Shown here one piece after another: positions 37,733-51,080 of a stretch of 64,000 nt of DNA (its first letter is position 1; each line of letters starts with the position of its first letter). The stretch is taken from NCBI RefSeq assembly GCF_006345805.1, contig NC_042998.1, forward strand, positions 163,246,001 through 163,310,000, in the 5' to 3' direction. The position numbers and the translations under genes were made by a program. This DNA comes from Octopus sinensis (lineage: Eukaryota). The notes beneath the pieces were generated by a model. It did not search any database, was not told the origin of the DNA, and was given only the letters and a program-made list of their open reading frames with translations.

Positions 37733-40700
37733 AGACTAGTGCTTTATCATAGGTCAGCAACCATTATCTCGGCATATGCTCCTCAGCCGGGGCTACCAGA
37801 AGGGACAGAAAGACCGATTCTATGACACTCTATTACAGACTACCTCGTTGACAAATGACAGTGACCTTCTCTTTGTGGCAGGTGACTTCAATGGACATGT
37901 TGGACGGCATGTCGGGGGCTTCCATGGCATACACGGGGGCTATGGTTTTGGTTCTCGCAATGATGAGGGAACCAGGCTGCTGGAGTTCTGCAATGCAAAT
38001 GACCTTATGATTTGCAATACCAGCTTCAGGAAACCCACCTCTCACCTAGTCACCTACCGTTCTGGCAGACACACAAGCCAGATGGACTACATCCTCGCCA
38101 GAAAGAGGGAAAGAGGGCTGCTTATAAATGCCAAAACCTTTCCAGGTGAGGAATGTACTCCTCAACATAGATTAGTAGTTAGCGACCTCAGGATCAGGGC
38201 CAAATGGCTGCCCAGAAGAAGACCAGCTGGGAGGAGAAGAGTCTGGAAACTTAAAGATCCTGTAAATGGACGGAGATTTAGAGAAGTTCTACTCGAAGCT
38301 TTCGACGAAATAGAAGGGGATATAGCATCACATAATGTGGAAGTTAACTGGAGGTTTCTACGGGACAATCTGCTGAGAGCCACTGACCAGATCTGTGGAT
38401 GGAGCAAAGTCCCATCTCATCCCAGGGTAACGTGGTGGTGGAACAATGTTGTAGACAGGGCTATTAGAGACAAGAGACAGGCTTGGAAGGACTGGAGGAA
38501 AGGCGGTAGTAGGGAATTGTATCAGACTGCGAAAAGAGAAGCTAGGAGACAGGTATATTTAGCTAGAGGGGACCAAAGACTTGAGGTGTTTCGTGTTGCA
38601 AGACAGTGTGTGAGAGAGAATCGTGATGTGGTAGGAGAGAAATGTGTTCGCATGGATGATGGTTCACTTGCGCTAAATGAGGATGCAAAGAGAGAGGAGA
38701 TGCCACTATGAAAGGTTGCTCATCAAAGAGAATGAATGGGATAAAGAGAGCTTGCCGAATGTCGACCCAATAGAGGGACCAGCTATCCGAGTTGACAGTT
38801 CCATGGTAGTTAAGGCAACTGGAAGCATGAAGACAGGGAAAGCCCCAGGCCCATCAGGAATTACTGCTGAGATGCTCAAAATATCTGGCAGTGTCGGCTA
38901 TAGCCTAGTCACCCGTATAGTTAACCAGGTGATACACGAAGGAGTCATACCCAATGACTGGTGTAGTAGCATAATAGTCAACTGCTACAAAGGTAATGGT
39001 GACGCCCTACATACAAGTAATTACAGAGGTATTAAGCTGTTGGATCAGGTAATGAAGGTTACGGAAAGGGTCATAGCCCAACTGATTAGAGAGAGAGTCA
39101 ACCTAGACGAGATGCAGTTTGGTTTCGTGCCAGGGAAAAGCACCACTGATGCCATATTTCTGGTGAGACAACTGCAGGAGAAATACCTAGCCAAAGATAA
39201 AACTCTGTACCTGGCTTTCGTTGACTTGGAGAAAGCCTTTGACATGGTCCCCCGATCCCTTATCTGGTGGTCAATGAGGAAACTAGGGATAGATGAATGG
39301 TTAGTGAGAGCTGTACATGCCATGTACAGGGACGCTGTTAGTAAGGTGAGGGTTAACAACGAGTACAGTGAAGAATTCCGGGTGGAGGTTGGGGTCCACC
39401 AAGGCTCAGTCCTCAGCCCCCTCCTATTTATCATAGTCCGCCAGGCAATAATGGAGGAATTCAAGACAGGATGCCCCTGGGAGCTCCTCTATGCTGATGA
39501 CCTTGCTCTAATTGCTGAATCACTATCAGAACTCGAGGTGAAGTTTCAGGCGTGGAAGCAAGGATTAGAATCGAAGGGCCTTAGAGTCAATCTAGCTAAA
39601 ACCAAAGTCCTAATAAGTAGGAAGGTAGACAAATCTCAAACGCCTTCAGGTAGATGGCCCTGCTCGATCTGTAGAAAAGTCGTAGGTAGGAACTCTATAA
39701 GATGCACCAAGTGTAAGCTATGGACACATAAGAGGTGCAGCAATGTCAAAGGAAGGCTAACTAGGAAGATAGTTTTTGTATGTGGCAGATGTTCTGGTTC
39801 AATAAAGACTGAAAATGAGACCATCTTCCGCCACATTCCAGGGACAAAAACTTGAAATAGTTGATTAGTTTCCATTACCTAGGTGACCAAGTCAGTAGCG
39901 GGGATGGGTGTGCCGAAAGTGTAACTGCTAGAGTAAGAATAGCCTGAGCAAAGTTCAGAGAGCTCTTACCTCTGCTGGTGACAAAAGGCCTCTCGCTCAG
40001 AGTAAAAGGCAGATTGTATGACGCATGTGTGCGAACAGCCATGCTACATGGCAGCAAAACATGGGCTGTGACTGCTGAGGATATGCGTAAGCTCGCAAGA
40101 AATGAAGCCAGTATGCTCCGTTGGATGTGTAATGTCAGTGTTCATACCCGACAGAATGTAGGTGCCTTGAGAGAAAAGTTGGACCTAAGAAGCATCAGAT
40201 GTGGTGTGCAAGAGAGGCGTCTACGCTGGTATGGACAGGTAATAAGAATGGATGAAGATAGTTGTGTGAAAAAGTGCCACACCCTAGTGGTTGAGGGAAC
40301 CTGTGGAAGAGGTAGACCCAGGAAAACCTGGGACGAGGTGGTGAAGAATGACCTTTGCGCTTTAGGTCTCATCGAGGAAATGACCAGAGACCGGGACCTT
40401 TGGAAGTATGCTGTGCGTGAGAAGACCCGGCAGGACATGTGAGGCCATAACCCATGGCCCCTACCTGGGATGTAGTCAGTCCACCTGTGCATACCTTCCT
40501 TCTTGGGACACATAACTCTACTTGTGAAGACCTGTTGAGGCAAGTGAGAATCAAATCAAATCAAATCAAATCAAAATCAATGAACATCAATGGAATTTGC
40601 ATTTTTGTGGTACTAGTGCCAGTGGCACATAAGAAGGACCAGCCGAACGTGGCCGTAGCCAGTAACGCATTGACTGGCCTCCATGCTGTGGGCACGTAAC

Positions 40701-41052
40701 AAACACCTTCCGATCGTGGCCGTTCGTCAGCCTTGTCTGGCACCTGTGTCGGTGGCACATAAAAAACACCATCCGAGCGTGGCCGTTCACCAGCCTTGTC
40801 TGGCACCTGTCTCGGTGGCACATAAAAAACACCATCCGAGCGTGGCCGTTTGCCAGCCTCGTCTGGCACCTGTGTCGGTGGCACATAAAAAGCACCCACT
40901 ACACTCACGGAGCGGTTGGCATTAGGAAGGGCATCCAGCTGTAGAAAGACTGCCAGATCTGACTGGCCTGGTGCAGCCTTCGGGCTTCCAAGACCCCAGT
41001 TGAACCGTCCAACCCATGCTAGCATGGAAAGCGGACGTTAAACGATGATGAT
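37733..41052 (+). mobile_element. 5'-truncated, frameshifted RTE-clade LINE (APE-RT-PHD-C terminus-3' UTR-(GAT)n)
   Basis: APE motifs ISAYAPQ, VAGDFNGHVG, SQMDYIL, QHRLVV; RT motifs NYRGIKLL, QFGFVPGKST, AFVDLEKAFD, GVHQGSVLSPLLF, YADDL; split across three frames (37776..38711, 38677..39855, 39978..40442). Confidence 0.97.
38677..39855 (+). pseudogene. RTE reverse transcriptase ORF remnant (392 aa) with C4HC3 PHD-type finger at 39661-39792
   Basis: RT motifs as above; CSIC-x10-CTKC-x4-H-x2-C-x14-CGRC. Confidence 0.93.
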
Positions 41053-41847
41053 AGGTATAACAGAAAGTAGCAATTCTGATATTTCAGCAGTGTAAAGAAG
41101 AAAACTTACTACTAAATATCATATTCATTTTGTGATACCTAGAGGAATCCAAATTAAAATGAAAATTACAAGAAACACCACCAAGGGGTTCATCTACAAT
41201 AAAGATGGTTAATTAACACCTGACAACAGCCTGTCTTGCCATATTCAGAAACAATTTCATTTAAAATCAAATGAACAAGTATAAGAGAGCAGAAAAAATG
41301 AATTATCACAATATATATAGAATAAATATATACTTTCATATAAACATGTATACATGCCTAGATATATAGATATAAACAAACATTCATATATATCTGTCTG
41401 AGTGTGTGTGTGTATATGCACATGTTTTATGTGCATCTGTGCATGTGCATGCTTATGCATGCATGCATGTGTAGTTTATCCAAACTGACACTGTCGTGTG
41501 ATTTGAGTTTCACACCTTTGCAATCTTAAGGTGAGAACTGGTACAAATTCGTGTAGCTATTCATTTACATGCAGGCAAAAGTGTGGGTTTGGCCCCTTTG
41601 TTGTTAATTTACTTACTATACCTGCAAAATCTCATTATAGGCAACATAAAAAATTGCTTCATAAACTCAGCAAATATAAACACAGCAAAACAAAATACAC
41701 CCATCTAAACACATCTCTACAACCAAAGTGTTAAGTACTAGCCAACTTTAGAAAATGCAACCAGTGAAGACCAAAAAGAAAAAAACCTGCTCCAGAAACT
41801 ATGTAGAAACAAACCACTAAATTGATCCAAACAAACTAATGTTAGAT

Positions 41848-43181
41848 CAGTGGTTCTCAACCAGGGTCCATATAAGATTTTGTAAGGATCCACACAATCA
41901 AAATAATAAACTGGGGGCCCACAGTAGTATATTAAAAGACCCTGAAAAAATTTTGCTTCAGTGGTGACAAAAGGCCTCTCGCACAGAGTGAAAGGCAGAC
42001 TGTATGATGCGTGTGTACGAACAGCCATGCTACATGGCAGTGAAACATGGGCCGTGACTGCTGAGGATATGCGTAAGCTCACGAGAAATGAAGCCAGTAT
42101 GCTCCGATGGATGTGTAATGTCAGTACTCATACTCGGCAGAGTGTAAGTACCTTGAGAGAAAAGCTGGACCTAAGAAGTATCAGTTGTGGTGTGCAAGAG
42201 AGACGTTTGCGCTGGTATGGTCATGTGGTGAGAATGGATGAAGATAGTTGTGTGAAAAAGTGCCACACCCTAGTGGTTGAGGGAACCTGTGGAAGAGGCA
42301 AACCCAGCAAAACCTGGGACGAGGTGGTGAAGCACGACCTTCAAACTTTAGGTCTCACTGAGGAAATGACTAGAGACCGAGACCTCTGGAAGTGTTCTGT
42401 GTGCGAGAAGACCCGGCAGGACAAGTGAGTCCATAACCCGTGGCCTTCTACATGGGATGGAGCCAGCCTACGTATGCATACCTTCCCTTCTTGGGACACA
42501 AAACTCTACTTGTGAAGACCTGTTGAGGCAAGTGAGGATCAGAATCGAAATCGATCAATGGAAATTGCAGATGTGTTACCAGTGCCGGTGGCATGTAAGA
42601 GAACCTTCCGTTTCGCGACCGTTGCCAGCGCCGCCCCGACTGGCCTTGTGCCGGTGGTATGTAAAAAGCACCATCCGTTCGTGTCCGTTGCCAGCCTCGC
42701 CTGGCCTCTTGTGCCGGTGGCACATAAAAAGCACCATCCGTTCGTGGCCGTTTGCCAGCTCTGTCTGGCACCTGTGCGGATGGCACGTAAAAAGCACCCA
42801 CTACACTCACGGAGTGGTTGGCGTTAGGAAGGGCATCCAGCCGTAGAAACACTGCCAGATTTGACTGGGCCTGATGAAGCCTTCTGGCTTCACAGACCCC
42901 AGTAGAACCGTCCAACCCATGCTAGCATGGAAAACGGACGCTAAACGATGATGATGATGATGATGATGTATGTTTATTGTAAGAAACAGCTCTCTTTCTT
43001 TCTCTGACATTTCACATAATCCAACCTACACAGGTTAATGTGTAAAAAAAGCAAAATAGAAATTTTGGAAGAAGTTTCAATAAAAGTAGTTCATAAACAT
43101 CAAATGGTTTTAGGGATCCATCAGCATAAAATAGTAATCAAAGGGGTCCATAGATATTTAAAAAATGGTTAAGACCCACTG
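41848..43181. mobile_element. hAT MITE interrupted by an RTE insertion
   Basis: cagtggttctcaac...gttaagacccactg; flanks tgttagat/gtttagat; the halves join to match 10050-10365. Confidence 0.85.
41962..42968 (+). mobile_element. 5'-truncated RTE copy (C-terminal ORF, 3' UTR, (GAT)n)
   Basis: ORF 41961..42428 is highly similar to 39978..40442. Confidence 0.96.
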
Positions 43182-44154
43182 GTTTAGATTGAGCACTTCT
43201 TTTCTTGATCATTACTTACAAACCTGTGTTTGTAAGTACATATATATACACTATGTTTATATACATGTATGTGTATCTGTGTCTATCAAATGTTTAAGTG
43301 GATAGTACTGATTTTGGCTGCATGTTGTTACTCTTCTGTCAGCCAAGTTCATTTGAAATTTTCAATGAAACCATTTATTTACATAGAAAAAATATACTGA
43401 GGTATTTTAACCAAGAGTAAATCATATGCCATAAGTATCTGGATAAGCATTTATCACTAAAGATCTGATTCCATACTAGCTAGGAAAGACAGCTGTATCT
43501 TCATGTTGTGAGAGGCAAGAAATTCTGCAGCAACAGCTTCTTCTCATAGGCCTCTGTTGCCTCTGCTTCTCTTTGGACTGATTGTGGCACACATCTCAAT
43601 CTATAGCCATTTTTTAACAGGAAACCAGTCATATGATTGCAGCTGAAATATTATTGTTCAAAATTCAGGCAAATCACCTGATATGCTGAGGCCTAATTTC
43701 TGTTACTGAGCTGACATGGTTTCAAATTTAAGCCCCGCTAAGTATGCATGTATAAAAACATAGATTAACGTAATGCAACATTCCAGATGATTAGGGTAAA
43801 CACAACTTTTAAATTGATAATGTATTGCAATTTTGTAATTATACATTTAATGTTGTTTATCATGATGAAACAGCTGTTGAGCACAATTAAAGTATGAACT
43901 ATATGTGAAATTTAGGTTTTTCCTATTTTATACTAGATGTGTTTTTCTTAACAATCCTTTTATATATGCAAAGCAGATCCACTTGGATTTATTGCAATGT
44001 AATATCATATAGGAATTTAATGATTTGCCAATAATTGAGCTTTTAATTATCACAGATTTATTTTTAATGTTAACACATAAGTTCTCTATATGGCTATAGA
44101 CAAATAGACATACAGATAGATAGCAGTATATATGTACAAACATGTATGTAAATT

Positions 44155-44272
44155 GTGTGTGTATGTATGTATGTATGTATGTATGTATGTATGTATGTAT
44201 GTATGTATGTATGTATGTAGGTAGGTAGGTAGGTAGGTAGGTAGGTAGGTAGGTAGGTAGGTAGGTAGGTAT
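44155..44272. repeat. (GTAT)n-(GTAG)n microsatellite
   Basis: Direct reading. Confidence 0.97.
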
Positions 44273-44852
44273 CTATGTGTGTATATAACCTACTATTAAT
44301 TACAGGTTATTTGCTTGGAGAACCACCATTCCAAAGAAGAATCCTACATATGTATGTATGTATGTATGTGTATTTAGTATAATTTGGGTAAAAACCTCAC
44401 TACATGCATTTAAGATATCTCATGCCATTATTTGACTGCCACATGTTATTCTACAGTAGGACATATTCCAGGGCTGGATACACATTTGGAACTCCTCTAT
44501 ACACAAGATTAATACAAGAATAATATAACATAAGGATGGAGAATATCAAGCTTTAATGTATTCCACCTGATGAAGCACCCACACACATGGCTGTTGCTAA
44601 AAATATTCAACTATAGTAATTATAAAGAATGATCTTTTATAATGGTACATGAATGTAAGCTCAGGAAATTAAAATTGGTATGCAGTGCGGAAAGAAATGT
44701 GATCTACTATGAAAGTCTGATATCCTCCATCTTTATGTCATATTATTCTTCCACACACCTGTATATAATCTATGATAAGGTATTTAAGGTAATCTTTTGA
44801 TTTTAATATTTACTTTTATAGAGTCTATTTGTAAAGCCCAATACATGCTACA

Positions 44853-45240
44853 TCTTTGGCACTCTGTCGGTTACAGCGACAAGGGTTCTCGTTGATCTGA
44901 TCAATGGAACAGCTTGCTCGTAAAATTAACATGCAAGCAGCTGAGCACTCCACAGACACATGTACCCTTAATGTAGTTCTAGGGGAGATTTAGCGTGACA
45001 CAGAATGTGACAAGGCTGGCCCTTTGAAATACAGGTACAACAGAAACAGGAAGAAAGAGTGAGAGAAAATTGTGGTGAAAGAGTACAGCAGGGTTCACCA
45101 CCACCCCTGCCAGAGTCTCATGGAGCTTTACATGTTTTCACTCAATAAACACTCACAACACCTGGTCTGGGAATCAAAGCCACAATCCTACGACTGCGAG
45201 TCCACTGCCCTAACCACTGGTCATTGCACCTCCACGCCTG
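44853..45240 (-). mobile_element. SINE family 3 (head at 45170-45240, 3' part at 44853-45035)
   Basis: Homologous to 11025-11235 and to 61938-62250. Confidence 0.82.
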
Positions 45241-46169
45241 CTACATATATCAAACTACAAACCATCATGCATATTTTATTTGCATAATGTATTTCCATCC
45301 TCTTTTGCATTTATTTCACTTGTGTGTGTGTGTGTGTGTTTGTACAAAACAAACTGTAAAATCATATCATAAAGAAATTAAATTGGTTAATACTACAAGT
45401 GAAGTCATTCTTTTTCTTTTTCAAATATACCTAACTGTACCAAGAATTTCATACATTTTCCAGTATACACACACACATATATATATATATAGAGAGAGAG
45501 AGGCTGATAGTATGGAAGGTACACAAGCAATAAACACCCATGCTCAAATTATGTCAATTGCAAAATACAATGGAAGCTCCTAAATGTGGATACAGGATTA
45601 CCACCTACCTTGTCAGTCTTGTTGACAGAAATGCAGTTGTCAAGTGTCAACATGTAAGTCTTTTTAAGTGCAGAAAATGGATATTAAATAACAGCCAAAA
45701 TTTTTTTTCTTATCAGGCAGAAAACTTCATTACTGCCTCCACCAGTGATCATATGACAAACAATAGTCCTAGAATGATTGAAGAGCTGTTAACACAGAAA
45801 TGATTAGATGTGTGCTGTGTGCACGAGTCAAGATGATAATGGGCCTCGGTTAGTCTTTTTATGGTGGGGAATATAGACATAATTGTTTTCATTGCATAAC
45901 AGCGCTCAGATGTATGGAGTGGGCATACTTTTTGACAGAGAAATAGATGAAGTAATTAAATCAGTCAGTCTAAATAAGCTTAGACGAGTCATAGACAATA
46001 TAAAAGTAACATTATAATCAGGACTGGCATGTGAGAAACAGGATCATTTCAACGAGGTCATGTTACAGTCATACTCAGTAATGAATAGCACTTTGTTATA
46101 ACAGATGAGGACTCTAAAAGATATGTTGTCCAGAGCCTTTGTAGCTATTCAAATACACACACACATGCA

Positions 46170-46385
46170 TAAGGCTAAGATGGCAAGCTGGCAGAATTGT
46201 TAGTCTACCAGGCAAAATGCTATGTGGAATTTCGTCTGTCTTGACATTGTGTTCAAATTCTGTTGAGGCCAACTTTGCATTACATCCTTCTGGGGCTGAT
46301 GAGATATGTATCAGTTGAACACTGGGGTCGATCTAATCAACTTACCCTGCCACAAATTTGTTGGCCTTGGCCCAAAATTTGAAAC
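46170..46385 (+). mobile_element. SINE family 2, diverged
   Basis: aagatggcaagctggcagaattgttag head. Confidence 0.75.
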
Positions 46386-46394
46386 CAATACATA

Positions 46395-46855
46395 TACAAG
46401 GCCTTTGGAGTTCTGTGATGCAAGTGACCAAACCCAAACTTCAGTGAAACAGCCAGTCACTTGGTCACCTACCCATCAGGTGGACAGGTAAGCAAGGTGG
46501 ATTTCATATTCACAAAAGAGTGGAATAGACAGTTGATTGTGAATACTAAGTCCTTCATCTACAAAGAGTATACCATTCAACACAAACTAGTAATCAGTAT
46601 GGCCTTAGACGACAACCAGCTACGGAGTTGAAAGTTACATGGTCAAAAAAGCAACTACACATCTGAAAGCATGCAAAGCAGCTGCATTATTAACAATAAT
46701 TGCAGTGACATCGAAAATATTCTGACTAAATTGGACACTCACTACTTACTCTTTTAGTCAATCAGATTGTACAGGAAAGGGTCATCCCCAGTGATTGGTG
46801 AAGCAGTATAATCAACTGTTGCAGGTGTATAAGAGATGCAAAAGAGAAAAGAAAA
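46395..46855 (+). mobile_element. Old RTE fragment (APE end joined to RT start)
   Basis: SHLVTYPSGGQVSKVDFIF...QHKLVI and NQIVQERVIPSDW, aligning to the 37.7-kb element. Confidence 0.75.
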
Positions 46856-48001
46856 TGCATAGGTATCAGACAGAAAGATCAAATAATGTAAATAATAGAA
46901 ATAATTATAGTGTAACAGATTAAGTACAGATTTGGATTAGATTATATGCTGTTTAGGCTCATACCAGGATGGAGTACCATCATTTCCCCCTTTCTAGTGA
47001 GACAACTACAAAAGTTCTTAGCTAATTGCAAGTCACTATAGCTAACACTCATTCACCTAAGGAATGTATTTGAGTGGGTATTATGCTTTGTAGTCTGGTG
47101 GTCAATAATCAAACTAGATGTAGATGATTATCTTGTCCACAGATATTGTCAGTAAGGCATGAGCCAGCAACGAAAAGATCCAGTGAGATAGTTGACCATG
47201 AGTCCTCAGTTGCCTCCTGTTTATTATACTTCTTCAAATTGTAACAGAAGAGTTTAAGATTGGCTGCTTGTGGGAACTCTTGTATGCACATGATCTTGTT
47301 ATTGTTGATTAATTTATTAAATTATTAGAAAAGATATTACAAACATGAAAGCAAAGCCTGTTATCATGGTGTGAATAAATGTATGCAATGGTTTGTTGCC
47401 AATAGATTCAACAACTCTGAACTTCTATCCACCCATTTTTCTTTTCTTTTTTCTGTAGTTACTGTCACTCCACTATAATACTTTTATCATAACATGCTCC
47501 AATACTAATTATTTTCATCTAAGCAATGGAAACTATCTGCTACATCTAAGATTTGAACAGTTCTTGGTTCCCAGTTCATTAAAAGAGTACCCTCCTACTG
47601 TTAACTATTTCTGTGAATCTGGGAATATTTCAAATGTATATGAGATTTTATTTTATTTAGAATTATTCATGGGTGTGTGTTGTTATTCTAAAAAGCTTAT
47701 ATTAAAAGAAATGTTTTGGTATTCACTATATTTACTATCTTTATATATTAATGTTAACATGAAAATCTTGTTGAAAAATATTATTTACCAAAGACTAACT
47801 GTTTCTATGAATAGATAATGTGGATCCAATATAAAATAAACAATCTACTGGAAATAAATCCAAAACTATGACTACATGGAAACATTGTGTAAACAACATA
47901 ACACAAAATACTTCAGAAATCCATCTGCCCCTGTGTGTATCAACAGATTATCAAAATATGTCTTAGTTTTAAGGAGGACAACATGTTGAGAAAAATATTT
48001 T

Positions 48002-48002
<1 letters not shown>

Positions 48003-48045
<43 letters not shown>

Positions 48046-48089
48046 CAATAACAACAATAACAATAATAATAATAATAATAATAATAATT

Positions 48090-48120
<31 letters not shown>

Positions 48121-48130
48121 TAACAATAAC

Positions 48131-48177
<47 letters not shown>

Positions 48178-48178
48178 T
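48003..48178. repeat. (AAT)n/(AAC) microsatellite, tail of the adjacent SINE
   Basis: Direct reading; abuts the minus-strand SINE 3' end. Confidence 0.97.
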
Positions 48179-48392
48179 CCTTTCTACTAAGGGTACAAGG
48201 CCTGAAATTTTGGGGTAAGGACTAGTTTATAACATTTACCCCAATACTTGACTGGTATTTATTTTATCAACACCCAAAGGAAGAAAGACAAAGTCAAATT
48301 CAGTGGATTTGAACTCAGGATGTAAAGACGGGTAAAATGCCATGAAGTATTTTGCCCAGCATGCTAAGGGTTCTGCCAGCTCCCCACCTTAA
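48178..48392 (-). mobile_element. SINE family 2
   Basis: Reverse-complement consensus. Confidence 0.8.
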
Positions 48393-48991
48393 GTAATAGC
48401 AATAATACTAATAATAATGATAATAACTGTTTCTTTATTTTCCACAGGATAAGGAGACACCATGAGGACAAATTACTAAAATGGTTAGGTGCAAGTTACA
48501 TAGATTTGATTGTGAGAAAATAAGCTTAAAAAAACAGTAGTATTAAAGGTGATAAACTTTAAAATCTCAATAGGTGGATCCCCACAGGAGGTCAATCAGA
48601 GAACTCCACTTCCACCTGGGCCCTAGATTATTCAGACTGGCAAAAAGAAATACTTTCATCCATTAGGGTTCTCTGGCCTACAGTCTTATATATTTAGAGT
48701 AAAACATTCATGACAAACAAATAGAAACACAAAAAGTACAAGATAGAAACAAAGTATCCTTTGTCATCAAAGTATCATTGAACATTCAGGAAATACAAAT
48801 AAACTGGTCTTTGACATTTTAAGCTTAAGTTTTCCTATACAAAGAAAGAAGAGATAGCTGGATCAATAGATGGACGTTGTATGTCAAGCTGTGTTTCAAA
48901 TGACTGGACATTTGGTGGAAAGGCAAGCAACACATCACGTCAGCAAGAGTGAGCTGAGTGTGTGTGCACATGTGTTTTCATCTTGTATGCA

Positions 48992-49400
48992 TACAGGAGT
49001 GGTTGTGTGGTAAGGAGCTTGATTCCCAACCACATGTTTCTGGGTTCAGTCCCACTGCATGGCACCTTGGGCAAGTGTCTTTTACTATAGCCTCGGGCCG
49101 ACCAAAGCCTTGTGAGTGAATTCGTTAGATGGAAACTTAAAATAACCTCACCATATCTGTGTGTGTGTGCGCGTGTGTGTGTGTCTTTGTGTCTGTATTT
49201 GTCATCCACCACCACTTGACAACCAGCGTTCGTGTTTATGTCCCTGTAAATTAGTAGTTCAGCAAAAGAGATCAATAAAATAAGTACCAGGCTTAAAAAT
49301 AAAAATTTGGGGGTTAGTTTGTTTGGGTAAAAATTTTCCAAGGTGGTGCCCCAGCATGACCGCAGTCTAATGACTGAAACAAGAAAAGATAAAATATAAT
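48992..49400 (+). mobile_element. SINE family 1, full length
   Basis: caggagtggttgtgtggtaagg head to cagtctaatgactgaaacaag tail. Confidence 0.9.
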
Positions 49401-49499
49401 AGATGTATATAGCATACGCTTACATATGCTGGTGCATTGTTGGTTTTCTTGAAGGCTGAGCACACTCTTATGGAACATCCCCATTACTTAAACACCACA

Positions 49500-49908
49500 A
49501 CCCCACTGTTCCTGTCTCTCTATCTTTTGCTCCATCACCTCTTCTCCTCTCTTTTCCTACTGGGGTAGCTAAATTTTTCTGCTATAGTAAGACACCTACC
49601 TATTTCTACCCCTCTATTATACTCTAACCTCTCACCTGACACAAAGCCACTTCCCATGGTTCCACTCCATCTCCTAACTGGGGAGTCTTCATCTTGTAAG
49701 CTACTTGGTGACCCCGCTGATGTCAGTGCCACGTGAAAAGCTCCAGTGCTGATGTCACATAAAAAATACCCAGTACACTTTGTGAAGTGGTTGACATTAG
49801 GAAGAGCCTCCAGTCATAGAAACCATGCCAAAGCAAAGAATGGAGCCTGGCCAAACTATACAACCCATGCCAACATAGAAGATGGACGTTAAATGATGAT
49901 GATGATGG
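49500..49908 (+). mobile_element. Old RTE-type 3' end
   Basis: Ends ggacgttaaatgatgatgatgatg, with a degenerate terminal block. Confidence 0.7.
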
Positions 49909-50384
49909 TAGTTCACATTTTTCTCTGCCCACCAACTGAGGTTGGTAACAATCAATTAAGTTACTATTTTCTATTGGAGAGCTGGTGTTCTAAGGTGATT
50001 ATGCAATCATCTATGTAACAATTACCACATAACAGTATTGTATACACAAGTGGAACATGTGTAGATATTATGTAATTTAGGTTCTTATAATAAAGAGAAT
50101 AACCAAATTCTTGTCTATGATAGACAAACACGAACACACCTATATAAAGAAGATATTTACAATGCAATCTCAACTCCATGAAAGTAGAAAAGAAGGAATC
50201 TGACCAGCTCTTTGAAATCTGTACAAACAAAGCAATTAGCTGTGACAAAACCTTAGTCAGGTGTAGACAATGAATGTTTAACAAAATGTGTGGAGGTGCA
50301 GACACTAGACAGTTTATGTGCCAAAGACAATAATAATCATGTTATGACATTGAAATACCAAATATAAAGAAACTGGAAATAACT

Positions 50385-50525
50385 ATTATCCAGAGACCAT
50401 CAAGATAAGAAATGTCTCTTATTCAGTGTATCAATTCCAACAGACGACAATAGATTTCTTTAAACAAATAAATGAGAAACCACCAAGCTTGGAGACAGAG
50501 ATATCCAGATTGTAGAAATTCAAAT
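50385..50525 (+). mobile_element. Small RLE-clade LINE fragment
   Basis: IIRDHQDKKCLLFSVSIPTDDN aligns with VVRNHEERNYFLIDVSIPADDN at ~13840. Confidence 0.6.
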
Positions 50526-50573
50526 AAGAAAGAATACTGGAATGAATAAAAAAATATATATGCATAATACATA

Positions 50574-51080
50574 CAGGGTGTGGTGAATAAAGTGTCATCT
50601 AAATTATGCAAAAATGAAAATAACACTGACATCTCATTTTAACAGATATATTTATCAAAATTACATTAAATATCTTGAAATACTAAAGAGTAAATTTATA
50701 CAATAAAATCCCCATTAGCTTCAACCACGACCTCCAAATGACATTGGAATCTCCTGCAACTCTTCTGGACAGTCCCTTTGTTTAAGTTGGTAAATGTTAC
50801 TATAAACTTTGTCATCAGTTCATCCTTAGTGTAACAAGGAATTTTGTTGGTCTCTTGCTCAACTGCACCCCACACACAATAATCAAGAGGGTTGCAGTCT
50901 GGAGAGTTAGGTGGCCAGATGTTAGGGGTGATGTGGTCACAGAAATTGTCTGACAGCCATGACTGGATTCTCCTACTTGTGTGGCATGATGCTGAGTCCT
51001 GTTGCCAGATATAGGTTCTTCCAGCAGTCACCCTCTAGACCCAGGGCAGCACTACCATCTCCAGGCACTTAATCTTCCTG
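50574..51080 (-). mobile_element. maT (DD37D) transposon right part with TIR
   Basis: QQD-x37-D (...WPPNSPDCNPLDY) spacing counted directly; TA|cagggtgtggtgaataaagtgtca end. Confidence 0.9.

Noticed and set aside
37733-41052. An intact, active LINE
   Set aside because: 5'-truncated within APE, with frameshifts near 38700 and 39830-39870 and an in-frame stop; it cannot be autonomous.
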